Part shown: positions 1-12,754 of the stretch, piece by piece
Position numbering within the stretch: the stretch's first letter is position 1
Layout of the letters: each line of letters opens with the position of its first letter
Notes under the pieces: model-generated
What the model saw: only the letters and a program-made list of their open reading frames with translations
Databases searched by the model: none
Told to the model about the DNA's origin: nothing
Translations under genes and position numbers: made by a program
Assembly (NCBI GenBank): GCA_002256025.1
Contig: NKIB01013989.1
Span: forward strand, 1-48,879
DNA length: 48,879 nt
Origin: Asterionella formosa
Taxonomy: Eukaryota
Reading direction: 5' to 3'

Positions 1-1500
1 CTGTGGGGGGCATAGCAATGATAACAGCACCATGGATAATTTTGAAACGTAGCAAGGAGAAATGGGAGGCGGCAACGAATCAGCTCAATGATGCATTTTG
101 GGCATGGGCTGAACCTGAAGTGTTTGTGGCAGCTATTGAGAGTTGGAGTGGCTTGCAAACTTCATAGAGGATTGGTGCTATCCAGCAGGGGCGACAAGAA
201 ATCATGGTTTGCCAGTGGAGACTTAGAAGTAGACATATCTAGCATTTTTATAATTAATTGTGCTTGAGCAAGACTGTGTATCATAGTTCTCTCATGTCAA
301 CCAAGACCCAAGAATCTCACTATTTTCACCAATTTTGTTTCAACTGCTGCATGAAAGCAAATTTGTCACCTTCAACATTAAATTCTATGGAAATGTTTCA
401 CAAATGACATATACATACACTGGGATTCTCTATTGAAAGTAAATACTAGTATATAAATTCTTTAAAAAATTTTATTGACTAGCCTCTAAGAGATACATTA
501 AATAGGGCTTATATTGAATACCAGTAATTGTACTAATGTCAATTGCAAGGTTGATGAACAAACCAAGGACTAAATAAGTCCTTGCAGCCCTGTGACCTAC
601 AATTGACCCAAAGTAGCTAGGTGATTGAAATTAGTGTTGTGTAATTAGTTATGAGATTAACGATAAGTGTATGTATATTAGCTCATGGTTAATGGGAATC
701 ACTGGGGACTCACAAAGGTCATAAGATTAGGTGGCAAGAGTACTGGTAGGAGCTTCTTGGACTCTAGGTCCGTGATCTGTAGGTGTACTCTATTTTTAGT
801 ACTAGAATTTAGCCTAAAATTGCTACGTCTATTCTAGAAGTACATGCATACCAATAGTTATGACGTAGTCATATGTACTACCGGGAGTCTCAGATACATA
901 ATGCATTATGCACTATGAGCTGCATACATACTAGGAGTCTAGCTATGCATAGCATCATGTACTAATCATGATCCCATGTACATGTATATATATTTGGAGT
1001 ACATAGTATGGGCATCATGTTGGTCATGTGTGGAATGATGAAAAAGGGAACACTTTTCACTGCTTAGGGCTGTTCTTATCATTTTGTCATGGCAGTCATT
1101 GGTGTATCATCTCAAGGTCTTGTTTCGAAAATGGCGTTTGTATCACCAACGGGTCTTTAGGTGTGATCACGGCTGTATCACTGATACAGTTTTTTCACCG
1201 TGTCCAAAACTGTATCAGTGACCTAACCGTTCATTGCTGTGTATCACATCCGTTGTCACCAAAAAAACTGTAAACACGCCCACATGACACTAATATTGCG
1301 TCAACTCTGTACCTGCCATTCAGCTTCTTTGGTCAAATGAGAATCAATACTCGGCTCTGTACCTGACTTTCAACATCGACTATTTCTTGGTTAATTGGCG
1401 CAATTAGCAGTGAAGCAGTGGCTATAGCTGAAAAGTTTGATGCCGATATTTCCATTTCAACAAAAAATCAAAGCGGTACAGCTGATGAGGACAAATAAGC

Positions 1501-1722
1501 TATTGTTGAAAAAAGGAATCCTTTTGCTGGTCCAGCCAGCATTGATGAGATTGGTATTGATGAAATGAGGAAACCTTTTGCTGGTGGTCCAGTCGACATT
1601 GATGAGATAGTAGGTATTGTTGAAATGAGAAAACCTTTTTCTGGTGGTCCAGTCGAAATTGATGAGATTGTGTTGTTGAAAAGAGGAAATCTTAAGCTTG
1701 TGATCCAGTTGACATTAATGAC
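1501..1722 (+). repeat. Degenerate tandem repeat, ~4 units of ~54-63 bp
   Basis: The unit ATTG(T/A)TGAAA..AGGAAACCTTTTGCTGG(TGG)TCCAGTCGACATTGATGAGAT recurs. One frame reads IVEKRNPFAGPASIDEIGIDEMRKPFAGGPVDIDEIVGIVEMRKPFSGGPVEIDEIV. Confidence 0.8.
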
Positions 1723-2102
1723 TTCATCAACCCGCTCATAGGACTAGATGAAATTGTTCTGTATGAAAGTGGGCTGGGGTTGATTCATATAAAGGCAAGT
1801 TGACATCAAAACAAATATCTGTCAAAATCCTTCAAAACATTTGCATGAGATTTTTAGTGTCAGGGATGAGGAATGGCAAGAAGGACTTTTCTATTTTGGT
1901 TTAGAAACTTTGTTCTTTCACACAATCGAGGAGCGAAATAATACAGAAAAGAAAAAAGCTGAACCCAATTGAGATCTGTATTGTTATGTAGTGATAATGA
2001 TCTGGTTGCTGCAACCAACCATGGATATCGCTGTAGCCTGACAGAAGTAGCAAGAATGCGTCCGCCCACAGGCAGTCATTCCTCCCACCAAACAACCCTG
2101 AT

Positions 2103-2127
2103 CATTCCATTCCATTCCATTCCATTC
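2103..2127. repeat. (CATTC)5 microsatellite
   Basis: CATTCCATTCCATTCCATTCCATTC read directly. Confidence 0.9.
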
Positions 2128-2566
2128 TGGTGAGCAAGGGTGATTGCCAGGCTGCTCCAGCAGCACTGTCGACTCCCCCTAGCTGAATATTGATACATAT
2201 CCTGTGATACAAATTCTGAGTAGAAAGGTAGCAAAGCGGGTTAGGACAAGAAAAGCATTCCTTGACGGCAATATTGACATCATGGTCAGCGACTAGCTAT
2301 ACAAATCAACAAATAAGATCAGCAACAACACATCTTCAAAGAGTAGACATTGATACATACATCAGCCCTTGCGTAGATAAATACAATCGAACCGAAACGA
2401 AAGCACAGAACGACAAACCACGACAGAAGCGATCAAAATGGACCATCGACGCAATCAAATCGCAAATTCGACTAATAGTATCAACATTCCACATTCAGTG
2501 TTTCACTGTTATACTCACCAATCCAATATAACTAGCATAACAAGCAGCAGATGATTTTGGGTGCCA

Positions 2567-4122
2567 GGTACCACCTAAAAACTGAGAGTCAACGTTTGAA
2601 AGATTTCGAACTGAGAGTCAACGTTAAATCGAGGAAATTCATGTTAGATACGAAAATAATTATTCAAGCAATGTTTTTTTTTTAATATTACGGACAAGGA
2701 CAGACGCGATGGAGTTATACCAGATGAGCACCGGACGCACTAGAAAAACCACGCGATGCGAATCGAAGGAGTCGAAGCTGAGAAATTAATAAAGCGACAA
2801 CGCGACTATTAAGTTCTAGCTTTTAGAGTTGAATCGAACAACCAAGAATCGGCAGCTAAGACAACAAGGGAAGAAGACAGCAACCACGCGAGGTTAAACA
2901 AGAAAGTAGTAGTACAGGGGTGAAGCACACAATTCTTTGAATAATGATTCAGAGAAGCAGTCTAAAGCATCGCCAAGCCTTTCGCAATTTATAGTCTAAA
3001 TCACCCACCCTACGTCCCTCCCTCGGCAAAGCGCAACTCGACTGCCGCAGAACCAGGAGATTGGATCTGGACCTCAAACCCGGATTCGGGAATGGGACAC
3101 GTTTACTTAGCACCGAATTCAAAAAAAACCTTTATGCAACTTCTACTTAGTATTCCTGGCTCGTTATTCGATTATTCTATGGATCGCTTTCATATATTCC
3201 AGCGATGTATCTACGAAGCTACAACACAAACTAAATATGGAGAAAGACGAAATGGACAGGACGGTAATTGTGTCGAAGTTGCTTCGATGAACTAACCAAT
3301 AATGATCATGATTTGAACTCGTCAATTAGCTAGCGTTACTTCCGTATTTGGTCCCAAAGGGTTCTGTTGACGAGAAATGGAATAAAAAAGCTAAATTAAT
3401 TTTTACTCCATTCAGCTGGCATCACCTTTTATATATGTATACAGGTATCAGAAATTATTTCTGTCAGTAGATTCATTTAGTGTCCGAATTGATTTTTTTG
3501 CTATGGTAAAATAAATAACGACTTCATTTTGCATTCTCCTCTACTACCTAAATGGAGAACATCAGCTGCGACCTCTCTGCGTGACTACCTGAAACACTAC
3601 ATACGAGGATTTGTCATGAAATCACAAAAATCACCCATGAAATGAATTGAAACAAGAGGAGGACCACCGGACAGATGAGAACTTGAAGTGATTGATATGC
3701 AAGTTCCGAACGAATACTTGACGAATATGCTACCAGTACTGTTATCATCGGCACTTAAAACCCTGGTACCTTGCACCGGTAGCTGGTACCGCTAATTATA
3801 GGATCAACAAAAGTAATAGAAAATAGTTTTTGTGGTAACAATCGAGTTAAAAAAAACGGTTTGGGGGTAAAAAATCTTCATGTATACATTAAAAACTATG
3901 TACTGAGAGTCAATGTTACGAGTCAAAATGGGTAAGACTAAATTGCTTAGATCTACATAAGTGTATGTTCTACTTGAGAAGTGATTAAATGATAGCTATC
4001 CCCGTTCTATCTACTACAATAAAGTTCGTATTTGGTTCGAATTTTATCATTTAAGAAACTTCGTTAATTTTAGTCGAAAAAAGGAGTACTGATATGTTGA
4101 CTCTCAGTTTTTAGGTGGTACC
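2567..4122. mobile_element. Non-autonomous TIR DNA transposon (~1.55 kb)
   Basis: Perfect 27-bp inverted repeat GGTACCACCTAAAAACTGAGAGTCAAC (2567-2593) / GTTGACTCTCAGTTTTTAGGTGGTACC (4096-4122). Extra internal ACTGAGAGTCAA copies lie near 2610 and 3902. No long ORF inside. Confidence 0.8.
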
Positions 4123-4139
4123 ACGTATGTACGTAGGCT

Positions 4140-4675
4140 AGATGACAAGAATACCGCCAGTTAAGCTTCACATATGTGACCGGATCAAAAACTTGCTGCC
4201 AAGAGCACATATATTGATATCATGATTTTTCCTAAGCAATGTGGACAATGCAAATACATGAATCCCACAAGAAGACAAGTAATCCAACAACCAACTGCAT
4301 CTATTTGACAATGAGGGAATCGCTACTGGCGTCTTCAATGAACTCATTGCGCTTCAGTTGGGCATGATGGACAATGATCGGCATGGTAAAAGGTGAATTA
4401 CCTGAGTCACTTTTCAGAAACAAGGTGAATACTAGATATGCTTTTAATCAAATCTGTAGAGTACATATTATAGGTTTCCTTAAGTAGACCCCATGCCGAT
4501 TTCGGCAATCCCAGGGCTGTAAAACCTAGTGGCAATTGACGTAAATTGCATCATTGCCTATGAAATATTCAAAAAATATTTAAATGATGGGTAATATCGG
4601 ACTCATTGCAAATTTCGATGTGAAGATAGGAAATCAACAAAATATATTTTATATGATGGGCTATGATAGCAAGCC
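4140..4675 (+). repeat. Interspersed repeat, copy 1 (diverged homolog of ~12755-13495)
   Basis: Colinear shared blocks: ATCCAACAACCAAC, TCAATGAACTCATT, AGGTGAATACTAGATAT, TTTTAATCAAATCTGTAGAGTA, GGTTTCCTTAAGTA, ATGTGAAGATAGGAAAT. Confidence 0.8.
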
Positions 4676-6469
4676 TTCAGCATGATTGGCTTATTGTCAA
4701 TACACATTTTTTATATAGTTGAATAAGAAAATGTATAGTACGCTTTTATTGAAACTCGAATCTAATGGAGTTCGTGAAGTCGCACTGGGGCTCAAGTGGG
4801 CCCCAAAGGAATGACGAGTGAGGGCGAGTCCATTGAGGGACTCTTTGGGGTTGCAGTTTGGAGGAAAAACAACCTTAGAGATGTTGAGGAAGGGCAAGAA
4901 GGAGCACATTATGAGGCTCTTAGGGTTTCATCTAAGCCGCGCATTACTTGAAGTGACCATCACGTAAATAAGCCTAGTTGATTTTGAATTGATCACATGA
5001 ATTAGTTGAATACATCAAAATGCTTACTTGAATATATCTATATGTTATCTGAATACATCACGTTAATTGTTTGATCAGAGTATCATGCATGCATTCCTGA
5101 TCATCACTATATTACGTGATCACCTTCAAATAATTATTTGAAATACTTCATATAATTATTTGAAATATTTCACTTAATTCTGTAATTTAGTTCACATTGC
5201 CTTATAATTTTGTTCACGTAATTCTATAATATAGTTCACGTAATGTATTAAATTTGTTAACGTAATTTAAAAGTACAATCAAATATGTTGATTTCTAATT
5301 CAACTGCCGGTATTTTACATTACATGGGAAACAAATCTCGATATGCAATCAAACAAAGCAGTTCTTTCAGAATGGCATCTTCAGTCTTGAGAAGGCAGGT
5401 ATCATCATGAGATGTCTGTAAGGACAATGCAAGACAAACAGAAACCGTTCATTCTGAATGAAAAAATTATTTATTCTTGAAAAGGCATCATGGTGCGAAA
5501 TCGCAACAGGAATGTATCACACTGGCTTCCTCCTTGTCCTTGAAATGAATTCTTCATTGACCTGCAAAGGTTTACAAAAGAACAGTGTGTCAGTAATTCA
5601 TTAAATAGAACTAGCAACAGCAGAAAGCAACACACACATGTGCTATTCAACTGTTTCATGGAGCAGTCAAATTGACAGCAGAACACCGGCACTAGCCAGC
5701 AGCACCCGCAACTCACTGATGCATTAAAAAAGATGCTCCTGTTATGAAATGGACAGCGAAAATGTAAAATAAATGTAGAGAACAATAACAGAACCATGAT
5801 TTCTTACTCGCTTTGCTGATACAATTATGAAAACTGAAGATTAAGCTCACCTTGAAGGCCTCCATTGCGGGTCTCCATATTTCTGTGTCATTTCATCTGC
5901 TATCACTCATACTTTCCAAAGAACACTGCCTGCTTTTCTGAAAAGGCCTGTTCAAATGTCAAATGAATGTTGAAAACAAAAGCCTCATGAGTTATCCCTC
6001 GCTTGGTGATAAAATAGCAAAAATAGCAAGCAAATAAATCTTACCTTAAAAGCATCGATTGCTTACGATCTCAATGTTGTGTCATACCACCTTCTATTGT
6101 TTCAACAAACAATATGTGAGTTCTTGGCTGATGTAGGATTTGTTAATGGTGAGGCGCTAAAAAGCTAGAAGGGGATGCTGCTTTTAAGGGTCGTCCCCAT
6201 GTTGAAAACATATATTGTGCACAGTGGTGGTTAAATGTTGTCTTCATGAATTCAGAGGGTCAAAAATCCTGGCGCAGCCATGACTTCATCTTTGTACCAA
6301 CAGAACCTACAATCTACATGAAAAAACCTGGCGCAGTCTTACTTTGTCGGGAAAAAGTTTGATGCTACAAGTGTGACCTTAAACAAATATCGGTATGACA
6401 AGAAGGAGAGGACACAGCCAGTGGTTACTCTTAATATATTCACAGTACGAACGCCATATTTTATTGTAA

Positions 6470-6790
6470 TAAGGGGAATATGGGAAGCAACGCTGGTAGT
6501 GCAAACCTACAGTTCCACAGTATGCACGTAGAAATGAGTACAGTTTCTCAGTACGAACGAAATAATTCCTATTGTAATAAGAAAGGAAAGACGGAAATAC
6601 TGGTAGGGCAAACCTACAGTCTCACACTTGTAACGATGACCTGGTACCTACCAGCGAGGAGTACCTTGTGGTACCATACAGTATAGCTATTTGTTAGTAT
6701 GTCTGAGTGCAACGTCAAAAGACCCAAGGTAGGGCAAACCTACAGTCTCACAGTGCAACGTCAAAAGACCCAAGGTACAAGGTACCAGGT
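6470..6790 (+). repeat. Degenerate copies of the GGTAG(G/T)GCAAACCTACAGT repeat, same family as the 32494-33015 array
   Basis: The motif occurs near 6493, 6600 and 6728, with a local duplication of GTGCAACGTCAAAAGACCCAAGGTA. Confidence 0.75.
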
Positions 6791-9467
6791 AACAGGTACT
6801 CCCCTGGTACTAGCCCTGGTAGTATGTATCATAGTTGCCCTGAGTAGGCCTTGTATAGCGGTACCTGGTCCCAGGTACCATACCTACTATTCATTAGCTG
6901 AGGTCAACACACTCAGCATCACGATGCCATTCCAGACATATTCACAATACACTAGGTATGTTATCCATATATTTTGTATCTTCAGAATTCATACGAAATA
7001 TAGTTTATGTAAAAGAATAAGAGAATTCATATTGGATGCTGACAATATCGATGGTAAGGATGATTGTTGATATGCTTCATGCACCCACTTGCCGACAACC
7101 ACATCACTTCGATTTTCTCCATCAATTCATGCCCAATAGCACTCCGAAGATTTGCAGTCGATAACACACACTAATTCGAATATATATTTCTTAGTTTAGC
7201 ATTTCAAATTCAATATTAAATGTTTCGTTCCGTACCTGTTTTGTCCACAGTAGTCGGGGTTGTTGCTTGCATCCTCACGAATCATGTCGCGATATTTCTC
7301 GAGATCCATTTCGTTCCGTTTTTCTCAATCAACTCAGGGCAGATTGCAATCAAAAAATTTGTAGTGAAGTCGTCTTTCGCAATGATTTATCCTCTAAAAA
7401 ATTGATCTTGAACTTTTAAAATGTTTTGTTGTAACATCAACTAGTCCTGCCTTGGAAATAACTGTATGATTGTGAACCAGCCATCACATGAAACCACGAT
7501 AAGTAATCTTGTTCAGCAAAAAAGTTAATATTATTTACGTGAAGTGCACAACCATAAACTGTACCTGGTAGCATGAATTAAGACACCACAAATATCCTTA
7601 CTATTTCGCAAAGGAAGAGGATGCATGTCGTAAATGAATTAGCCACGAGAGCAGGGTCTTAGTTGAACTTTGAAATGAATTATTTGAAACATCAACTAAT
7701 TCAGTCTCGAGTTCAAAGCTTTTTGTGAAATCTTCACATGAAACCGTTAAAAGTAACCTTTTCTCCGGGAAGAGTGGCATTAATTCATGTGAAGTACCAC
7801 ATAATTAACACTCCTACGTAGAACAAATTTCGAAAAGTGGCGTATTTCGCGGCTTAGATGTTTGGAATCATATGTAGAACAGTGCAGGGAATGGATATCA
7901 GAGTGGAAGGCCAGCAATCAAGAAATGGAAGTGTAGTAGCTTGATGAAGACATGGTAAGATATCAAGAGAGAAGGGTCTTGGAGGCAAACTGTATGCCAT
8001 TTCGGTTGATTTGAATTGACAAGCCACCCTGGTAGTCGATTGCCAGGATGAAATGTAGGAGGCAGTACAAGGTTGGAGCACATCCGATGGAATTTATTGG
8101 CCGGAGTGCATGCAGATTAAGTCGAGGTAGGATCAGCAAAGATATATGGGTGGAGAAAGATAAAGTGTGATGCTACTGTGATGGGGGGAGTGGGCGATTG
8201 CAGCTGGAAGGAGCACTTGTTCTACTTGTGTCGCATGCATGGTAGCGACAGAAGAGAGAGGGATGAGTGCAATGAGTGAGAGAGGATGAGTGAAGGAGGC
8301 GGGATGGTGCTGGAAGCTTGTCCAGATGTCAAGCTTTGCTTGCCTTCTTGTTTGCGCATTTAGGCGCTTTCTTTTGTGGAGTGTCGACAGGAGCGAAGCG
8401 GTTATTGTTATCCATAGGAGGGTCGCTCGGAGGGGCAGCAGAGCATGCTGCCTTGTCCGAAGACACCATGGTGGGGGCGGAAAATTCAGCAGCAGCACGT
8501 AGGGGGGCCGTAGGGCCGGTACTACTAGAGTAGAGGGCGTAAAATACACCAGAAAGTTGCAAGTTGCGTTGTTAAAAGAGTACACATTGTTTATATATAG
8601 ATGACATATAAATACCTTGAAGGTGAGACGTAAGGCTAAAAGCAAACAAGGCAATGTGTGCAGATTAGCACATTCCTAAGTAAAAGCTGACAATTAGCCC
8701 TTCATCACATGCATCTAGTAAGTCCTGCAAGGAAGCGGTTGTGATGGTTGAAGGAGGACTAGACAAATGGCAGGAGAGGGTATCATTACAAATATGGATT
8801 CAGCTTGGTTTAGATATCTCATTGTTTTGTGGATTCAATTCGAATTGGCCATGTGAAGGCTTCTATGCCATTCAGGCCAATTTTTTACAATCCCCCCACC
8901 CACCCAGTCAGAACAGTGCGAACTACTATATTTGAGTCCTCTGAGTCATTCCCGAATCGGGTTACTTTGGAACACAAATAGTCTGTCACACTTCGTGACT
9001 TAGCTGCACTCATTACCAAACTCTAGGAGTATATTATTCAACGTTGTACGGGTAGTACCAGGTACTAAACGTTACCATGCTACCGGTATGCATGTCTGAT
9101 CACATTCACGCAGTTACTGATGACTGAGGCGGGACCAAGGAATCTTAATTCCCAGCATATTTTTATGCATAACAACATCCAAATGCCATTTAAGAAGTAC
9201 GTATACATATAAACCGAGGTTCCGGAAGAAGGAGGTGATATTGCATACTGTATATAGCTCTGCCTTGTTCATAAACATATCGCTGCGCGCCAGAAAGTAC
9301 TATGTACCTGTATGGATAAATATAGTCAGTGTATAATAGTCATTGCTTACTAGATATGATGGGTATGCGACAAACAAGGCATCATAGAAGAACTGAGACC
9401 AGAGATGATCAAGCAAAGGTCTATTGATAGATCATTATTCCTGTAGGCCCTCAGTGGTGCAACTGCA

Positions 9468-10898
9468 ATGAAGTACACTGACAATGGTCAGCCTCATAGA
9501 TCCACGGATGTCCATCATCTGCAAGGTGGGCGACGACTAAAATCAGGTGAACATGCTGCTGATCAAGCACAAGCTCCACTGTCGACACAACAATTCATGG
9601 GGCATCTCGGTCGACAAGGCCAGCGGGATAGTTCGCCTCTATATATACCGAGTGAAGAAAGTAATGGAGCTACTGTTTACGAAACTATAACGACTCGAAC
9701 ATACGATTATTCGCCGTCACGACACGTGGGGTCGCATTCGCAAAAGCACCCTCAAGCCCATCAGCCGCAACATCAACCAAGGCACAACCCCGTCAGTGCA
9801 CCCAACCCACCAACGTCTCAATCTTCGTATATAGGAGGATATCAATTCCCTCCTTTGGGATGGCAGCAACAGTCGCATCCACCCGCCTCGCACATGTCCA
9901 GGGCTAAATCAAACTTAGTTGGTTCCTCCAATCACAGGGCATTTGACCAAAAGTCGGAAGAAGAACCGCTTATTTTTTCCCCCATCGTCTCATATGGTCC
10001 AATGGAAGGAGCAACACAGTGTTTTGAACTAGATAAAACTCCGAGCTTTGCCTCTATATACTCAACTCAACAGAAAGCTAGTCACAAACTGAATAAGCCT
10101 CAAACAGAAAGAATTAACCTTCACAAGACAGTACCAGCCTTTGATCTTGCACAAATCCATAGACCAGAGCACCGTCGTGTCAGATCGGATGGCATGTTTC
10201 TTCGATCCATTCACGAAGGACTTCCGCCCTTTTCTCCCTCTGTCAAAGGACGAAGCCAGTTTCCTGCTTTTAATAATCGGCCCAGGGAGCGGTCCCATTC
10301 TGCCCATTCGGCGAAACCTCGACATCGACGTGGTGATTCTGCCTCATCTGTTGCCTCCATCTCTTCCGTTTTCTCAGAAAGATCCGTCGTGTCGGATATA
10401 AGGAAAAGTACATTGTACAAGGATGTAACAGATGCAGGAGTGATTCGCATGCATTTGCCAGCTGACAATGTCCAGCTAGTAATGGATAATGCTCTTGAAA
10501 CTGGGTCAGTATACAAGAGAGTCACACACCCAGACGAGGGAGAGCGCTTTCTGGCATACCATCTTCAGTCACAGGACAGTTTTTGCACTAACAGTTGGCA
10601 AGACTTGATGGATCCCAACCTTGATGACCTTCCAGGTTGCTCGTGCACGTGCGAGCATTGTATTAAATGCAATCACAAAGCTGAAAGCTTACCATCCGTG
10701 CGCTATATCTTGGTTGTCGACTGTGACTTGTACCAGCGAGTGCTGGGCGAAATATCCGATAGCAAGCAAATGCCCTGTGGGTTGTTCTTTTGTGGTCATC
10801 ACGAGGATGTGCGTAAACCTAGTATTTGCATTGCCGTGGCAATTGTGGCGACCTTCTTCATTGTATTGTTTATCCTGACTTATATCAGTGGCTACTAA
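9468..10898 (+). CDS. Hypothetical protein (476 aa): disordered S/P/Q/H-rich N-terminus, Cys-rich C-terminal domain, C-terminal transmembrane anchor
   Basis: Long ATG-initiated ORF with coding-like composition. Motifs CSCTCEHC and CGLFFCGHHED; hydrophobic tail ICIAVAIVATFFIVLFILTYISGY. Confidence 0.85.
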   Translation: MKYTDNGQPHRSTDVHHLQGGRRLKSGEHAADQAQAPLSTQQFMGHLGRQGQRDSSPLYIPSEESNGATVYETITTRTYDYSPSRHVGSHSQKHPQAHQPQHQPRHNPVSAPNPPTSQSSYIGGYQFPPLGWQQQSHPPASHMSRAKSNLVGSSNHRAFDQKSEEEPLIFSPIVSYGPMEGATQCFELDKTPSFASIYSTQQKASHKLNKPQTERINLHKTVPAFDLAQIHRPEHRRVRSDGMFLRSIHEGLPPFSPSVKGRSQFPAFNNRPRERSHSAHSAKPRHRRGDSASSVASISSVFSERSVVSDIRKSTLYKDVTDAGVIRMHLPADNVQLVMDNALETGSVYKRVTHPDEGERFLAYHLQSQDSFCTNSWQDLMDPNLDDLPGCSCTCEHCIKCNHKAESLPSVRYILVVDCDLYQRVLGEISDSKQMPCGLFFCGHHEDVRKPSICIAVAIVATFFIVLFILTYISGY

Positions 10899-11032
10899 GC
10901 TATAAAATCTTGTCTAATTAGATGTTTCTATGCCTACAAATGATGACGATACCTTTTGAAGTTGAGGATACCTCTAGAATTTTACGTTACAGCGTGTGCT
11001 ATTCACTGGATATCCTCAAAAGAATTTTTCGT

Positions 11033-11881
11033 TCACTCGTGCTTACTCCCTAACTGTCTCGCTCGCAAGAACTCCTTGTAGTTTGACAAAGCTCCTTTTT
11101 GGAAGGATTGTATGGCGAATTTAGTAATGGTTTGATTAATAGCGTCCGATGCAGCCTTGAGGATCGGTTCTGGAAGCAGACGCATGGGTGGTGGCAATAT
11201 TCCAGATGTTGTAAAGGTAATTTTCCCTGTCACACCTTTCCCGTCCACCGTTGGTTGCAATTCACCAACGACTTCAATCTTAATTCCGAGTGACTTCGCG
11301 CTGAGACTAAGTCCAGGGACAACCTGCAAATTGGGTTCGAAGGCTACAGACTGCAATCGAAAGACTGGACTATCACCTGGCGAGACTTCGGTCCACATTT
11401 TGACATCGACACTGGGTTGCAATTGGATGGTTACAAACTGCAACTTCATGACTTTGAGTCGAAACACGTTCTTGTCAATTTCTTGAATGAGTTTCTTGTC
11501 CCAAATGGAAAATGCTACTCGTCCTTCATCGGACAAAAATGCATTCACAGACGGCAAATCGGGACGCTGTGGATTGAGCTGTGTTATGAGATCTGCGGTC
11601 GCTCCAAATTCGACGTTTCCACCATTACGATTCAATTGAAAGAATGGCCCATCGCGTTGCAGAAGCTGTTGACGTCGTTGCATATCAGCTGGAGAATCTC
11701 GAGAAGATAGGAAGACGCAAATGGATTGTCTCTGAACCTTGTTATTCGAAAAGCAATCAGCTTCCGACCAGTCCTTCCTGAAACCAGGCTGCAAAAACGC
11801 TTGTGAAGTGCTCAGTAAACATGTGATAACGGCAGAGAGTAGAGTCACCCGAGAGTAATGGATTGCAGTTGTAGCCATCAT
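11033..11881 (-). CDS. Plastid-targeted protein, DUF1997-like (lipid-binding/START-like fold suspected)
   Basis: ORF of ~282 aa from the ATG at 11881. Signal peptide ends LLSTSQA|FLQP (ASAFAP-type cleavage site), followed by a transit-like segment. W..KLIQEIDKNVFRLKVMKLQF and LPPPMRLLPEPILKAA resemble DUF1997 proteins; the family call is tentative. Confidence 0.8.
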   Translation of the reverse strand: MMATTAIHYSRVTLLSAVITCLLSTSQAFLQPGFRKDWSEADCFSNNKVQRQSICVFLSSRDSPADMQRRQQLLQRDGPFFQLNRNGGNVEFGATADLITQLNPQRPDLPSVNAFLSDEGRVAFSIWDKKLIQEIDKNVFRLKVMKLQFVTIQLQPSVDVKMWTEVSPGDSPVFRLQSVAFEPNLQVVPGLSLSAKSLGIKIEVVGELQPTVDGKGVTGKITFTTSGILPPPMRLLPEPILKAASDAINQTITKFAIQSFQKGALSNYKEFLRARQLGSKHE

Positions 11882-12754
11882 CGCCAAGGTTGTCTTTTAT
11901 GCATCTGATGTGGATGGCAGTGGATAAAATGATGATGGCTTATGGGACGATGAGTCACAGTCACTTTGAATCGATCTCTTAACCCCTAGCTCGAACAAAG
12001 TAGGGTTTAAAAAAATTGATTCTGGGTAATCAAGCGCACTCTTTTCTCGAGTAAAATAAATACCGGTATCTCTCTAAATTGAGCTTTCACCATTTGTCAC
12101 CCTTTCCATACTAGTATATGCTTAGATACAGCAATTGTGTCAAAGTATGGATATGGGTCAACTCTATATCATAACGTCAGGATAGGATCTGGCGGGAAAC
12201 TGCAAAGAGGAACTTCGGCTTTTTAGATATATCATGCTAAGCAAAAAGACTAGGAAGGTTGGGGCAAAACAGTTTTTTTGGCATAATAAAAGTCGACAGG
12301 AGTCCTTCCTCCAGTTTCTCGCCAGAAGTAACTACTGATGCTATTTGAATCTTGGTACCTTTGTATTTTATTTGCCTTCAAACCCCGCCAATGTTGAGCA
12401 ATCATCTCCAAAAATCGACAAAATCACAATGTACTGAAATGTCCTCCTCATTGGAATAGGAGTCTTGCGAAGGTATTCTTAGTCATAAATTTATAGGAAA
12501 TGGATCTCGAACAATCCCTGATTGATCACACATTTATTTGCAAAAGCTGACATTTTTCCTTTGGCTGATATTGTAAGATTGCCATTGTTGGTACTACAAC
12601 TAATACGGTACTCAAGCATCATCACCCTCAAAATTCTATAGTTACTGGATGGTGCGACAGTATTAGTAGTAGCAATTCAGGCAAATCATACAAACATGCA
12701 CCAGCTAGCTACTGTATAAGTGCTCCAAGTGTTTGTCTGGTACTATTTATCTAG

